64,000 nt of DNA from an uncultured Zetaproteobacteria bacterium. GTDB lineage: Bacteria; Pseudomonadota; Zetaproteobacteria; Mariprofundales; Mariprofundaceae. The stretch covers positions 17,143-81,142 of the forward strand of contig CAZTGM010000001.1 in NCBI GenBank assembly GCA_964613235.1. Direction: 5' to 3'. Positions 35,616-44,932 of the stretch are shown in pieces. A model generated the notes under the pieces. The model ran no database searches, was not told where the DNA came from, and saw nothing but the letters and a program-made list of their open reading frames with translations. Within the stretch, counting starts at the first letter, position 1, and each line of letters opens with the position of its first letter. A program made the position numbers and the translations under genes.

Positions 35616-36491
35616 CTATTCAGGGTTCTCTGAAGAAACCACGCGCGTTGTGGCGATGGCTGCTCCCAGGCACCCAACCACGGCACCGCCAAACAGCATT
35701 GGCAATAGCAGGACCAGAAGGTGCATGTTCACCCCCATATTATGCAGCCATTCCGAACCGAGCCAGAGCACAGGCCATAGCAACAACCAGGCAGCAACGC
35801 CTGCGCCCGCCCCCATTGCCACGCCTTCCAGTATGAACGGCATACGCACAAACCATTCCCGGGCTCCAAGCAATCGCATCAGATGAATTTCATCAGCGCG
35901 AGCCAGCAGCGTCATGCGCAGGGTATTGGAGATAATCAGCATCATGGCCAGGGCCAAAACCAGCGAGGCGAACATGGCCAGTGTCTGAAGCTGGTCCAGC
36001 CAGCGATGTGCCTGTGCCAGGCTGATCTCGCTTTCGTTGACTTCGGCCATATTGCGATGCGCCGCATCGCGGATATCGCCAAACAGGAAGTCATGTCCTT
36101 CCGGCTGCACCGACAACTGGAATGTCAGCGGCAGTCGGTCGCGCAATTCGTGCGTACCCAGACCGATATCGCCCATCCATTCGTTCATCCAGCGCGCGGC
36201 CTCTTCCCGTGAAATCTGTGTCACCTCTGTGACGCCTTCGATATCTGTCAGATCACGCTGTAATTGTTCAGCCTGCTGACTGTTGTCAGCATTCAGATAA
36301 ACATGCACACGGATATCGTTTTTCCAGCTGCCCACCCACTGATTCGCACCCTGCAGACCCAGCCATAGCATACCGACGGTCCATAACGCCACGCAGACAA
36401 TGACCGCTGCCAGGAACTGATGAATACCAAACGGCGGCAAATGAAAACCACCGGGCAAGCGCAGGCGAACCTGTTCGGGGATATCGTTCAT
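35616..36491 (-). CDS. ftsX: Cell division permease-like protein FtsX
   Basis: A 291-aa protein with 4 TM helices and a large first periplasmic loop. There is an ATGA overlap with ftsE. It has an FtsX-like C-terminal TM bundle (IISNTLRMTLLARADEIHLMRLLGA). Confidence 0.88.
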   Translation of the reverse strand: MNDIPEQVRLRLPGGFHLPPFGIHQFLAAVIVCVALWTVGMLWLGLQGANQWVGSWKNDIRVHVYLNADNSQQAEQLQRDLTDIEGVTEVTQISREEAARWMNEWMGDIGLGTHELRDRLPLTFQLSVQPEGHDFLFGDIRDAAHRNMAEVNESEISLAQAHRWLDQLQTLAMFASLVLALAMMLIISNTLRMTLLARADEIHLMRLLGAREWFVRMPFILEGVAMGAGAGVAAWLLLWPVLWLGSEWLHNMGVNMHLLVLLLPMLFGGAVVGCLGAAIATTRVVSSENPE

Positions 36492-37168
36492 GCGTCAAAC
36501 CCCACCAGCGAGCCGGCATGCAGTTGCACCACCCGCCCGGGATGCGACTCCAGCAGATGCAGATCATGCGTGGACATGATCACGGTTGTACCCTGTTTAT
36601 TTAATCCGACCAGATAATCCAGCACGCGCCTGGCCGTATCGATATCCAGATTGCCCGTCGGCTCGTCAGCCAACAACAAGGGGGGATTGGCCGTCATGGC
36701 CCGGGCAATGGCCACGCGCTGCTGTTCACCGCCGGATAGAGCTTCCGGAAACGACCATAACCGGTCTGCCAGGCCAACATATTCCAGCACCTTGCGCACA
36801 CGCGGAATCAACCGCCCCGTTTCCCAACCCTGTACACGCAGAGGCAATGCCACATTTTCAAACACGGTACGCGAAAACAACAACTTGTGATCCTGAAACA
36901 CGATACCGGTACGTTGGCGAATCTCCCGTATTTTGGCCTCGCGGGCCTCACGCATATTCAGCCCCTGCACCATCATCTGACCCGACGTCGGCCGCACACC
37001 GCCATAGAGCAGACGTAACAACGATGATTTTCCGGCACCGCTCTCGCCGGTCAGATAGACGAACTGGCCCGGAAAGATATCCAACGTCACACCGGAAAGT
37101 GCCGTTTTTCCGGTAGGATAGCGCAACATGACTTTTTGCATGGAAATCAGTGGACCGGTTTCGCTCAT
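36488..37168 (-). CDS. ftsE: Cell division ATP-binding protein FtsE
   Basis: [27 protein letters not shown] and [12 protein letters not shown] are present. Confidence 0.93.
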   Translation of the reverse strand: MSETGPLISMQKVMLRYPTGKTALSGVTLDIFPGQFVYLTGESGAGKSSLLRLLYGGVRPTSGQMMVQGLNMREAREAKIREIRQRTGIVFQDHKLLFSRTVFENVALPLRVQGWETGRLIPRVRKVLEYVGLADRLWSFPEALSGGEQQRVAIARAMTANPPLLLADEPTGNLDIDTARRVLDYLVGLNKQGTTVIMSTHDLHLLESHPGRVVQLHAGSLVGFDA

Positions 37169-37210
37169 GCGCTAAAACGTAACTCCAAGCCCGGGGGATG
37201 TCATCATCTG

Positions 37211-37663
37211 TTATACCGGGAAAAGCGCCCTGCCGCGCCGGGCGTAGGAAACCATATGCTGCTGCAACAATCTAAGTCCCAATGCACCCTGATGTGCCGG
37301 ATGCAGCAGGGTAAGCCTGTCATCGGCATCCCGCTCAATGACAAAGACTTCCAGCTGGCTGATACCCTGCAACAGGCGGTCGGTTTCCTCTTCACCCACC
37401 AGCCGCCGCCACATGCGCAGATCCGTTTCAATACGCTCGGGCAATACCTGACTGCGAGGCAATAATCGAAACAATGTCAGCCTGCGATGCTCGTTGGCCA
37501 ATACTGAGCGGATACACAGACAAACACTGTCGTTCCCGATTTCAACGGCCTGACCCGCATCCCGCCATCCCTGCATCAATGATACAAAAAACGCCCGATG
37601 AAATGCATCGCAATGCTGCAGGAATTCCGACAACACGGGCACAGCCTGCTGTGACTCAGACAT
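37211..37663 (-). CDS. Hypothetical cytoplasmic protein (150 aa), translationally coupled to ispF
   Basis: The start ATG at 37663 overlaps the ispF stop (ATGTCTGA). I recognise no motif. The longer ORF-track version (to 37759) would overlap ispF by 104 nt. Confidence 0.55.
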   Translation of the reverse strand: MSESQQAVPVLSEFLQHCDAFHRAFFVSLMQGWRDAGQAVEIGNDSVCLCIRSVLANEHRRLTLFRLLPRSQVLPERIETDLRMWRRLVGEEETDRLLQGISQLEVFVIERDADDRLTLLHPAHQGALGLRLLQQHMVSYARRGRALFPV

Positions 37664-38141
37664 CGGCCTGCTGCAACAATACCACGGCCTGTGCAGCAAT
37701 GCCTTCGCCCCGCCCGGCAAACCCCAAACGTTCGGTTGTCGTCGCCTTGATACTGACATTTTCTACCGCCAGTTGCATGATATCCGCCAGGCGTTCACGC
37801 ATGGCCGGGATATACGAAGCCAGTTTCGGACGTTGTGCGATCACTGTCGCATCCACATTGCCAATACGCCAGTGACGTTCCTGCAGCAGATACACCACAT
37901 GCTGCAACAGGCGACAACTGTCGATATTCTCCAGCTTCGGGTCGCTATCGGGAAAATGCTGACCAATATCACCCAGTGCCAAGGCACCGAGCAGGGCATC
38001 GCAAATGGCATGAATCAGCACATCCGCATCGGAATGGCCGGCCAGCCCCAGATGAAACGACACCTGCACCCCGCCCAGCATCAATGGACGCCCTTCGGTA
38101 AAGGCATGCACATCAAAACCCTGCCCGACCCTGATATTCAT
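37656..38141 (-). CDS. ispF: 2-C-methyl-D-erythritol 2,4-cyclodiphosphate synthase
   Basis: [43 protein letters not shown] and [18 protein letters not shown] are present. There is an ATGA overlap with ispD. Confidence 0.95.
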   Translation of the reverse strand: MNIRVGQGFDVHAFTEGRPLMLGGVQVSFHLGLAGHSDADVLIHAICDALLGALALGDIGQHFPDSDPKLENIDSCRLLQHVVYLLQERHWRIGNVDATVIAQRPKLASYIPAMRERLADIMQLAVENVSIKATTTERLGFAGRGEGIAAQAVVLLQQADV

Positions 38142-38824
38142 GATTCCGCCTCCAGATGCATGTTCAGCCATGCCAGGTCATCACGCGTCGTCAGTTTCCG
38201 GTTCATGGCCTCGCCTTCGCTGATGTATACCGGAAAACCGCATGCCTCAAGCATCGAGGCATCATCCGAAAACGCCACCAGGGACTGCCCCGCCTGCTGC
38301 AGGGCCTGCTCGAACCACTGACGTCTGGCCACCTGCGGCGTCTGCACGGCAACCAGCGCATTGCGCGGCAAAGTCTCGATCACCCTGCGTTCATGGTCCA
38401 CGCGCTTGATCGTATCATGCACCGACATGCCCGGCACCGCCGCACCATGTTGCAAGGCTGCGTCGAATACTTGCTGCAGCAGGCGCGGCGAAGGAAATGC
38501 CCGCGCTGCATCGTGCACCGCCACCCACTGCACAACCTGCGGTAATACCGAAAGCCCCTGCTGCATCGATTCGGAACGTTCATTGCCACCTGTTACCGGA
38601 GGCAATAACGCAAACGGCCAGTCCTTCTGCCGTACCACATCGGCATAATGCGCATCGTTCGCAGCCAATACAGGCTGTACCCAGCGAATTCGCGGTTCCG
38701 CAGCCAGATGTTCCAGCGCATGCAGCAGCAAAGGCTTACCTTGCACACATACATACTGCTTCGGCAGCTCGGATCCAAAGCGTCTGCCACTTCCGGCAGC
38801 CAACAGCAATACGGCAATCTCCAT
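38138..38824 (-). CDS. ispD: 2-C-methyl-D-erythritol 4-phosphate cytidylyltransferase
   Basis: [34 protein letters not shown] and QTPQ are present. Confidence 0.93.
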   Translation of the reverse strand: MEIAVLLLAAGSGRRFGSELPKQYVCVQGKPLLLHALEHLAAEPRIRWVQPVLAANDAHYADVVRQKDWPFALLPPVTGGNERSESMQQGLSVLPQVVQWVAVHDAARAFPSPRLLQQVFDAALQHGAAVPGMSVHDTIKRVDHERRVIETLPRNALVAVQTPQVARRQWFEQALQQAGQSLVAFSDDASMLEACGFPVYISEGEAMNRKLTTRDDLAWLNMHLEAES

Positions 38825-39093
38825 GTTGCGATTGTGCAGCAAAGACCGGAGCGGTCAACCAGGGGCTGTTCACGCTTATTTTGGTGTTGTCACTGCTGCC
38901 CGAAGGGATTGGCTATGATCTCGAATTCGCAAGCGATCATGCCGCGAGGCGGAATCATGGTCGAATCGCCACCGTCAAGAATAAGTGTGAACACCCCCTG
39001 ACATGACATGGTTGCCCGCAGCCATTGCATCGGATATAAAACGGGCTCCATGACAAGCAACAACACATTCATGTATAGTTTTCCGATGCTGGA

Positions 39094-39924
39094 ATGCCCA
39101 CAATGAGTATCAGTATACTTTTTCCGATTGCCGGCCTGCTGACGCTGGCTGCTGCCATCCTGGTCTGGCGCCCGGTGTATCAGAGTCATACGCAGGCCAT
39201 GCAACCTCAGGCGCCAACCATACAGGGCCTGGTCATCCTCAGCCTGACTCTGAGCATGTTGGCGCTGGTGAAACTAAATCCGGTCACGGCCAACGGTATC
39301 AATTTCACGCTGGCTGCCGGCGTGGCACTGGCCACGATCATCGTCCAGCTGATTTATCTCTACGGCATCCTTCGCCATGGTATTCGTGGCCTGGGCCTGT
39401 TCATTCTTCCAGCCACGGCCCTGCCACTGTTGCTCGTTCCCCTGCTGCCCGAAGCGCATACACCCAACTGGGTGCAAACCACATCCGTACTGGAAGACAC
39501 GCACCTGCTGATTTCGCTGATCGCCTATGCCGTACTAACGCTGGCGGCCGTGCATGCCGTGATGTTCCTGCTGCTGGACCGGGCATTGAAACGGAAAAAA
39601 TTCTCTCGTCTGGTACAGGCCCTGCCACCCCTGTTCGATATCGACCGACACATGTTTGCCCAGGTGCGCGGTGCCACAACGCTGATCGGCATCAGCATCC
39701 TGACCGGTCTGAGCTGGCAATGGATCGAATATGAAACCTTCGCTCTGCTCAATCACAAAGTACTGCTGGCGCTGTTCTCTTTTGGTATATTGATTCTGCT
39801 ACTGGCCAAACGCAACCAGAATCAATGGCCGGGACGCACCTCCAGCCGCGTGATTTTGACGGCCTATGCGCTGATGCTGCTGGCTTATTTCGGCGTCAAA
39901 CTAATCACCTCCTGGCTGCACTAG
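39094..39924 (+). CDS. ypjD: YpjD/CcsA-family (cytochrome c assembly-like) inner membrane protein
   Basis: A 276-aa polytopic membrane protein followed by a CorB/YfjD-like gene, matching the E. coli ypjD-yfjD pairing. This is a family-level call only. Confidence 0.7.
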   Translation: MPTMSISILFPIAGLLTLAAAILVWRPVYQSHTQAMQPQAPTIQGLVILSLTLSMLALVKLNPVTANGINFTLAAGVALATIIVQLIYLYGILRHGIRGLGLFILPATALPLLLVPLLPEAHTPNWVQTTSVLEDTHLLISLIAYAVLTLAAVHAVMFLLLDRALKRKKFSRLVQALPPLFDIDRHMFAQVRGATTLIGISILTGLSWQWIEYETFALLNHKVLLALFSFGILILLLAKRNQNQWPGRTSSRVILTAYALMLLAYFGVKLITSWLH

Positions 39925-39943
39925 TCCGGACCAGGCCGCCCAC

Positions 39944-41215
39944 GTGACGATTTCCGATCTGTCGCTTTCGCTCATCGCAGCGATTCTGCTGGTGCTGTTG
40001 ATGTTATCAGCCTTCTTTTCCGGTTCGGAAACCGCCCTCACACGGGCGAGCAAGGCACGCATGAACACGAAACAGAAGGAAGGCAACAAGGGGGCCTATC
40101 ACGCACTGAAACTGATGGAAGCACCGGAGAACATGCTGTCCACGATTCTTTTGGGCAACAATTTTGTCAATATTGCCGCCTCCTCCCTGGCCACAGCACT
40201 GTGCCTGTCACTGTTCGGGGAAGCAGGCATTGCCTATGCAACCATTATCATGACGCTGGTCGTGCTGATCTTTGCCGAGGTATTACCCAAAACTATTGCC
40301 GTTGCCAATGCCGAGAACTTTGCCTGCAAGGTTGCCGCAACGATGCGCTTTATCCAGTGGCTACTAATGCCGCTGGTCTGGCTGCTGATGCGTCTGATTC
40401 AGCTATTCAAACGCATGCTACGCATTGCCGATACGGATGAAACACCACTGACCCATAAAGAGTTGTCCACACTGATCGACATTAGCGCCGAATCCGGTGT
40501 GCTCGATCAGGCACGCGAGCAGATGCTTAACAGCAGCCTGCATCTGCACGAAATTCCGGTCAAAGCGCTGATGGTGCCGCGTAAATCCATGCATCTTCTC
40601 GATGCCGCGCAAAGCATTGAAAAAATCATGCAGGATATCGCCCGGCAACCATTTTCGCGCTATCCCGTCTATCATGGCGAAACCGATCATCTCATCGGTA
40701 TTGTGCATTTGCGCGATATGATCAAACTGGAAGACAAGCAACAATCGCTTGCCGATGCGCTGGTTTGGCAGGAACCAAGTTATATTCCGTCCACGAAAAA
40801 TGCACTGGCTCAATTGTTCGACTTCCAGAGCCAGCATCAACACATGGCCATTGTTGTCGATGAATTCGGCGATATTGAAGGCCTGATCACACTGGAAGAT
40901 ATTATCGAGGAAATCGTTGGCGAAATTCATGACGAATCCGATCGCCCCACCTACTCCGATATGTGGATCCAGCCCGACGGTTCGCTCGTGGCCGCAGCCA
41001 CGGCCAATCTGCACGAAATCAATCAGACCATGGACTGGGAGCTGCCCGAGGACGGTGCCAATACCATCGGTGGCCTGATCGTCGCCACACTCGGCGTACA
41101 ACCGGAAGAAAAGCTGTGTCTCGTCGTTGCCGATGTGCGCATTGAAATCCTGAGTCTGCGCGATGACTGGATTCAGCGCGTACGCCTATCCGCTGAACCG
41201 GCGCAGCAGCATTAA
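39944..41215 (+). CDS. corB: CNNM/CorB-family transporter (DUF21 + CBS pair + CorC_HlyC)
   Basis: FFSGSETALT is the DUF21 motif. There is a CBS pair region. FSRYPVY, HMAIVVDEFGDIEGLITLEDIIEEIVGEI and a C-terminal CorC_HlyC domain are present. It has a GTG start. Confidence 0.88.
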   Translation: MTISDLSLSLIAAILLVLLMLSAFFSGSETALTRASKARMNTKQKEGNKGAYHALKLMEAPENMLSTILLGNNFVNIAASSLATALCLSLFGEAGIAYATIIMTLVVLIFAEVLPKTIAVANAENFACKVAATMRFIQWLLMPLVWLLMRLIQLFKRMLRIADTDETPLTHKELSTLIDISAESGVLDQAREQMLNSSLHLHEIPVKALMVPRKSMHLLDAAQSIEKIMQDIARQPFSRYPVYHGETDHLIGIVHLRDMIKLEDKQQSLADALVWQEPSYIPSTKNALAQLFDFQSQHQHMAIVVDEFGDIEGLITLEDIIEEIVGEIHDESDRPTYSDMWIQPDGSLVAAATANLHEINQTMDWELPEDGANTIGGLIVATLGVQPEEKLCLVVADVRIEILSLRDDWIQRVRLSAEPAQQH

Positions 41216-41256
41216 ATCATCTGCCATGCAGATCACCGGCTTTTTCTGGAACCATC

Positions 41257-42081
41257 ATGCATGAATTGCGCCAGCAGGCCGCAGCATGCCTGCGTGCATG
41301 CGATGTCGATGCCAAGCTCCTGCTGGTGCGCAGGCTGGTTGCCGACCAGACGATACTGACCACCGATACAGCCATCAGCCTGACCGCCGATCCTGTGCTA
41401 TTAACACCGGGCTGGCCGGCAAGGCCGACGCTGGTTCCGGGAAGCCGGGTACCCAAACGCGGCTTTGCCACCCAACAGGGGCGGGCGATACTGATGCATG
41501 CCATCGCCCATATCGAGTTCAACGCTATCAATCTGGCACTGGATGCCATCACCCGCTTTGCCGATATGCCGTCAGCCTATTACAGCGACTGGTTAACCGT
41601 AGCTGCCGAGGAAGTCTATCATTTCGAGCTGGTGCGGGCGCATCTGCGCCATCTTGGCGCGGACTATGGTGATTTCCCGGCACATGGCGGCCTGTGGGAT
41701 ATGTGCGAACGCACGGCAGGCGATGTACTGCATCGTATGGCGCTGGTACCGCGCGTGCTGGAAGCCCGTGGACTGGATGTCACGCCGGGTATTCAGAAAA
41801 AACTGGCTGATGCTGGAGATGCCAATGCCGCAAACCTTCTCGATATCATTCTGCGTGACGAAGTAGGCCATGTTGCCATTGGTTCACGCTGGTTCCGCTA
41901 TCTCTGCGAACAGCACGGCCTCGAACCGGAAGCTACATTCCTCGACCTGCTGCAACGCTACTTCCCTAAAGGGCTGTTTGGCCCGTTCAACCTTGGCGCA
42001 CGCCGCCAGGCGGGATTCTCGGCAACCGAAATCGAACTGCTGACTCGCGATGTTTCCCGCCCAACGACAAGCAACCCCTGA
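41257..42081 (+). CDS. DUF455 ferritin-like domain protein
   Basis: GRAILMHAIAHIEFNAINLALDAI, EEVYHFELV, LEARGLDVTP and RDEVGHVAIGSRWF form a pattern of paired metal-binding helices typical of DUF455. Confidence 0.75.
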   Translation: MHELRQQAAACLRACDVDAKLLLVRRLVADQTILTTDTAISLTADPVLLTPGWPARPTLVPGSRVPKRGFATQQGRAILMHAIAHIEFNAINLALDAITRFADMPSAYYSDWLTVAAEEVYHFELVRAHLRHLGADYGDFPAHGGLWDMCERTAGDVLHRMALVPRVLEARGLDVTPGIQKKLADAGDANAANLLDIILRDEVGHVAIGSRWFRYLCEQHGLEPEATFLDLLQRYFPKGLFGPFNLGARRQAGFSATEIELLTRDVSRPTTSNP

Positions 42082-42102
42082 CGATACTGTTCTGAATATC
42101 GC

Positions 42103-42588
42103 TCAGTCGCGGAAATTGGTAAACATCAGTGGCCGGTCGGCATCCATGCCGCGAATCAGTGCCATGACGGCCTGCAAATCATCGCGCTTTTTACCTGTCA
42201 CGCGCACCTGGTCACCCTGAATGGCCGCCTGCACCTTGAGCTTTTCCTGTTTGATCTGCTTGACGATGCTTTTTGCCAACTCCTTGCTGATACCCTGGCG
42301 GATCGTAATCAACTGGCGTTTCGTGCCACCGCTGGCGTCTTCCATCGTGCCGTAATCCAGGCATTTCGGATCAAGTTTGCGGCGCACCAGTTTGCTGCGC
42401 AGAATTTCGGTAATCGTGTTCACCTTGTAATCGTCATCGCCAATGACGGTAATCACGCCATCCGCCAGCTCAATGCTGGCCTTGCTACCCTTGAAATCAT
42501 AACGCGTGGTGATTTCCTTGCGCACCTGGTTCACCGCATTATCCATTTCCTGCATATCGGTTTCGCAAACTACATCAAAGCTCGGCAT
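42103..42588 (-). CDS. yajQ: YajQ-family nucleotide (c-di-GMP)-binding protein
   Basis: MPSFDVVCETDMQEMDNAVNQVRKEITTRYDFKGSKASIEL is a typical UPF0234 N-terminus. Confidence 0.9.
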   Translation of the reverse strand: MPSFDVVCETDMQEMDNAVNQVRKEITTRYDFKGSKASIELADGVITVIGDDDYKVNTITEILRSKLVRRKLDPKCLDYGTMEDASGGTKRQLITIRQGISKELAKSIVKQIKQEKLKVQAAIQGDQVRVTGKKRDDLQAVMALIRGMDADRPLMFTNFRD

Positions 42589-42603
42589 CGTATTCTCCTG
42601 TTC

Positions 42604-43191
42604 TCACTGCTCCGTGTGTTCAACACGCTGACACAATAACTGCAAATCACGCCAGCTGTGCCGTTTCTGCTGCGGCGAACGCAGCAGATAGGCCGGATGA
42701 TAACTGACCAGCAGTGGCACGCCATTGAGTTCATGCCAGCGCCCACGCAAGGCCTTCAGCGGCGCATCGGTCTGCAACACCTTTTGCGCCGCTACCCGCC
42801 CCAAAAGGCAGATCACCTTCGGAGACAGAATCGATAATTGCTGTTCAAACCAGTGATGACAGGCCGCCACTTCATCGGTCTCCGGATCACGATTGGACGG
42901 CGGCCGGCACTTGATCGTATTCATGATATACACCCGACTGCGATCCAGCCCCATGGCCGTGAGCATCTTGTCCAGCAACTTGCCAGCCTTGCCGACGAAC
43001 GGCTCGCCCTGCAAATCCTCATCCCTGCCCGGTGCCTCGCCAATAAATACGATATCGGCTGCCGGATCACCGGTGCCAAACACCACCTTCGTACGCGTCC
43101 CGGCCAGCTTGCAAGCCGTACATGTTTCGGCCTGTGCGGCAAGCTGTCGCATGCGTGCTGCTGCATCCTGCTGAATATCCGCGGCAGTCAT
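42604..43191 (-). CDS. Uracil-DNA glycosylase, family 4
   Basis: [61 protein letters not shown] and HPAYLLR are present. The start at 43191 has GGAGGA 8 nt upstream. The ORF-track version (to 43395) overlaps fbp. Confidence 0.88.
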   Translation of the reverse strand: MTAADIQQDAAARMRQLAAQAETCTACKLAGTRTKVVFGTGDPAADIVFIGEAPGRDEDLQGEPFVGKAGKLLDKMLTAMGLDRSRVYIMNTIKCRPPSNRDPETDEVAACHHWFEQQLSILSPKVICLLGRVAAQKVLQTDAPLKALRGRWHELNGVPLLVSYHPAYLLRSPQQKRHSWRDLQLLCQRVEHTEQ

Positions 43192-43300
43192 CTCATGTTC
43201 CTCCGCCGCCGATGGCAGGGCCAAATCAGCAAGGGAGACCGGCGTCTGCACGCCGATCTCCCTTAAATAGAACGCAGTGAAATCTTCGGATGATTTCGTA

Positions 43301-44245
43301 TTAGACAAGCATGTCCACCGCACTGGCCGAACCGAGAAAAACCGGCACACGCTGATGCAAACCTTCCGGCTTAACATCCAGCACCGACGCACCATGGCTC
43401 ATCGCCCTGCCGCCGGCCTGTTCAACCAGAAAACCCATCGGAATCGCTTCATAGAGCAGACGCAGCTTGCCATTCGGGTTTTTCTCATCAGCCGGGTAAA
43501 GGAACACGCCGCCTTTCAACAGCGTACGGTGCATGTCCGCCACCATCGAACCGACATAACGCATGCCCAGACCCGTCTGTTGTTTCATGGTATTGAACTT
43601 CTGCTGCAGATCGTCCAACCATTTGTCAGCATTCGCCTCGTTCACCGAATAATAGCCGCCGCTTGCCGGCACCCGCATATCCGGATGACTCAGTTCAAAA
43701 CGTGCCGAAGTCGGGTTATAGGTAAAACCATGAACGCCCTGCCCGACGGAACAGACCAGCATCGTGGACGGCCCGTACAACACATAACCTGCGGCAATGA
43801 CATCGCGCCCGGCCTGCAGCGTATCGCTTTCCAGCGGGGTTTCCGTATTGGCCGTCCTGCGCTTCACGATTGAGAAAATCGTTCCCACGGGGCCATCTAT
43901 ATCGAGATTGGAGGAGCCATCCAGCGGATCCACCAGCACCAGATAATCGGCATTGGCATATTCCTCAATGACCAGCAAATCTTCCTGTTCTTCCGAGCCC
44001 ACAGCGCAAACAAAACCTGTGGAACGCATTTCCTCGAGGAAAATTTCGTCCGACAACACATCAATCTTCTGCTGCTGCTCGCCCTGCACGTTTTCACCAC
44101 CGGCAGCCCCCAGCGCCCCACGAAACACAGCACCGCGCAACAGGTAGGCAATCTCCGTCGCCGCGCGGCCCACTCCCTGAATAATCGGCATCATGGCCGA
44201 ACCATGCGCACCCTGTTTGGCAATAGTATTGAGCGTAATCGGCAT
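43301..44245 (-). CDS. fbp: Fructose-1,6-bisphosphatase class 1
   Basis: VLVDPLDGSSNLDI, MRYVGSMVADMHRTLLKGGVFLYPAD, KLRLLYEA.PM and LVEQAGG are present. The start is MPITL (44245) or one codon earlier (44248), with AGGAGG upstream. Confidence 0.93.
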   Translation of the reverse strand: MPITLNTIAKQGAHGSAMMPIIQGVGRAATEIAYLLRGAVFRGALGAAGGENVQGEQQQKIDVLSDEIFLEEMRSTGFVCAVGSEEQEDLLVIEEYANADYLVLVDPLDGSSNLDIDGPVGTIFSIVKRRTANTETPLESDTLQAGRDVIAAGYVLYGPSTMLVCSVGQGVHGFTYNPTSARFELSHPDMRVPASGGYYSVNEANADKWLDDLQQKFNTMKQQTGLGMRYVGSMVADMHRTLLKGGVFLYPADEKNPNGKLRLLYEAIPMGFLVEQAGGRAMSHGASVLDVKPEGLHQRVPVFLGSASAVDMLV

Positions 44246-44308
44246 CATTCCCTCCTGACAAAAAATCGCTGAGCATTGTAACATTCCCCTGCCGATTCAG
44301 AAAGGGAA

Positions 44309-44345
44309 ACAAAAAAGCCCGGCCATGAAGACCGGGCTTTTTATT
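44309..44345 (-). terminator. Rho-independent terminator after tRNA-Asp
   Basis: The hairpin AGCCCGG/CCGGGCT (44316-44322 and 44332-44338) is followed on the minus strand by TTTTTTGTTT. Confidence 0.75.
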
Positions 44346-44351
44346 TATTAG

Positions 44352-44428
44352 TGGCGGAGCGGACGGGACTCGAACCCGCGACCTCCGGCGTGACAGGCCG
44401 GCATTCTAACCAACTGAACTACCGCTCC
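44352..44428 (-). tRNA. tRNA-Asp (anticodon GTC), CCA encoded
   Basis: The reverse complement GGAGCGGTAGTTCAGTTGGTTAGAATGCCGGCCTGTCACGCCGGAGGTCGCGGGTTCGAGTCCCGTCCGCTCCGCCA folds as a cloverleaf. The anticodon loop is CTGTCAC. Confidence 0.95.
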
Positions 44429-44429
44429 G

Positions 44430-44505
44430 TGGTGGGCGCTGCAGGGATCGAACCTGCGACCTACGGCTTGTAAGGCCGTTGCTCTCCCAGCTGAGCTAAG
44501 CGCCC
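44430..44505 (-). tRNA. tRNA-Val (anticodon TAC), CCA encoded
   Basis: The reverse complement is GGGCGCTTAGCTCAGCTGGGAGAGCAACGGCCTTACAAGCCGTAGGTCGCAGGTTCGATCCCTGCAGCGCCCACCA. The anticodon loop is CTTACAA. Confidence 0.95.
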
Positions 44506-44582
44506 GATAAAAACAAGGGCCTGTAACAAGCCCCTGCTTTGGGTGCGCGAACTATAGTCACGCGCCCGGAATATACAATAGT

Positions 44583-44855
44583 TTACTTGACGGCGTCTTT
44601 CAGAGCCTTGCCAGCCTTGAATTTCGGCGCCTTGGATGCCGGTACGTCAATGGTTTCACCGGTGCGCGGATTACGCGCAGTACGCGGACCACGTTCAGCC
44701 ACCGAGAATGTTCCGAAACCGACCAGTGATACGGAATCACCGCCTGCAAGCGCACCAGTAATGCCACCAAGTACTGCTTCCACGGCCTTGCCTGCGTCGG
44801 CCTTGCTCAAACCTGCCTGGTCTGCAACCAGACTTACCAATTCTGCTTTGTTCAT
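44583..44855 (-). CDS. hupB: DNA-binding protein HU
   Basis: MNKAELVSLVADQAGLSKADAGKAVEAVLGGI...FGTFSVAERGPRTARNPRTGETI..PASKAPKFKAGKALKDAV. Confidence 0.95.
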   Translation of the reverse strand: MNKAELVSLVADQAGLSKADAGKAVEAVLGGITGALAGGDSVSLVGFGTFSVAERGPRTARNPRTGETIDVPASKAPKFKAGKALKDAVK

Positions 44856-44885
44856 TGTTCCTCCCGCTGATTCGATGGGCTACGA

Positions 44886-44931
44886 ACTATACGTAGACAC
44901 CCCCATCCTGTGTCAACATTTTTTTTTGTTT
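44886..44931 (-). promoter_or_regulatory. Putative hupB promoter with an A-rich UP-like tract
   Basis: The minus strand reads AAAAACAAAAAAAAATG-TTGACA-N19-TATAGT. The -35 is perfect, the -10 is good, and the 19-nt spacer is long, so this is tentative. Confidence 0.35.
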
Positions 44932-44932
44932 T

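Noticed and set aside
38890-39204. A 104-aa minus-strand ORF in the ispD-ypjD spacer, including a possible 38-aa peptide MSCQGVFTLILDGG...
   Set aside because: It overlaps the ypjD start region, has no SD and no recognisable family. I kept only a note that the spacer is unexplained.
44506-44582. A separate promoter (TTGTAT-N16-TATAGT) and a weak hairpin between hupB and tRNA-Val.
   Set aside because: The elements are plausible but weak. The hairpin has only 4-5 bp and sits downstream of the putative promoter, so I cannot tell read-through from independent initiation.
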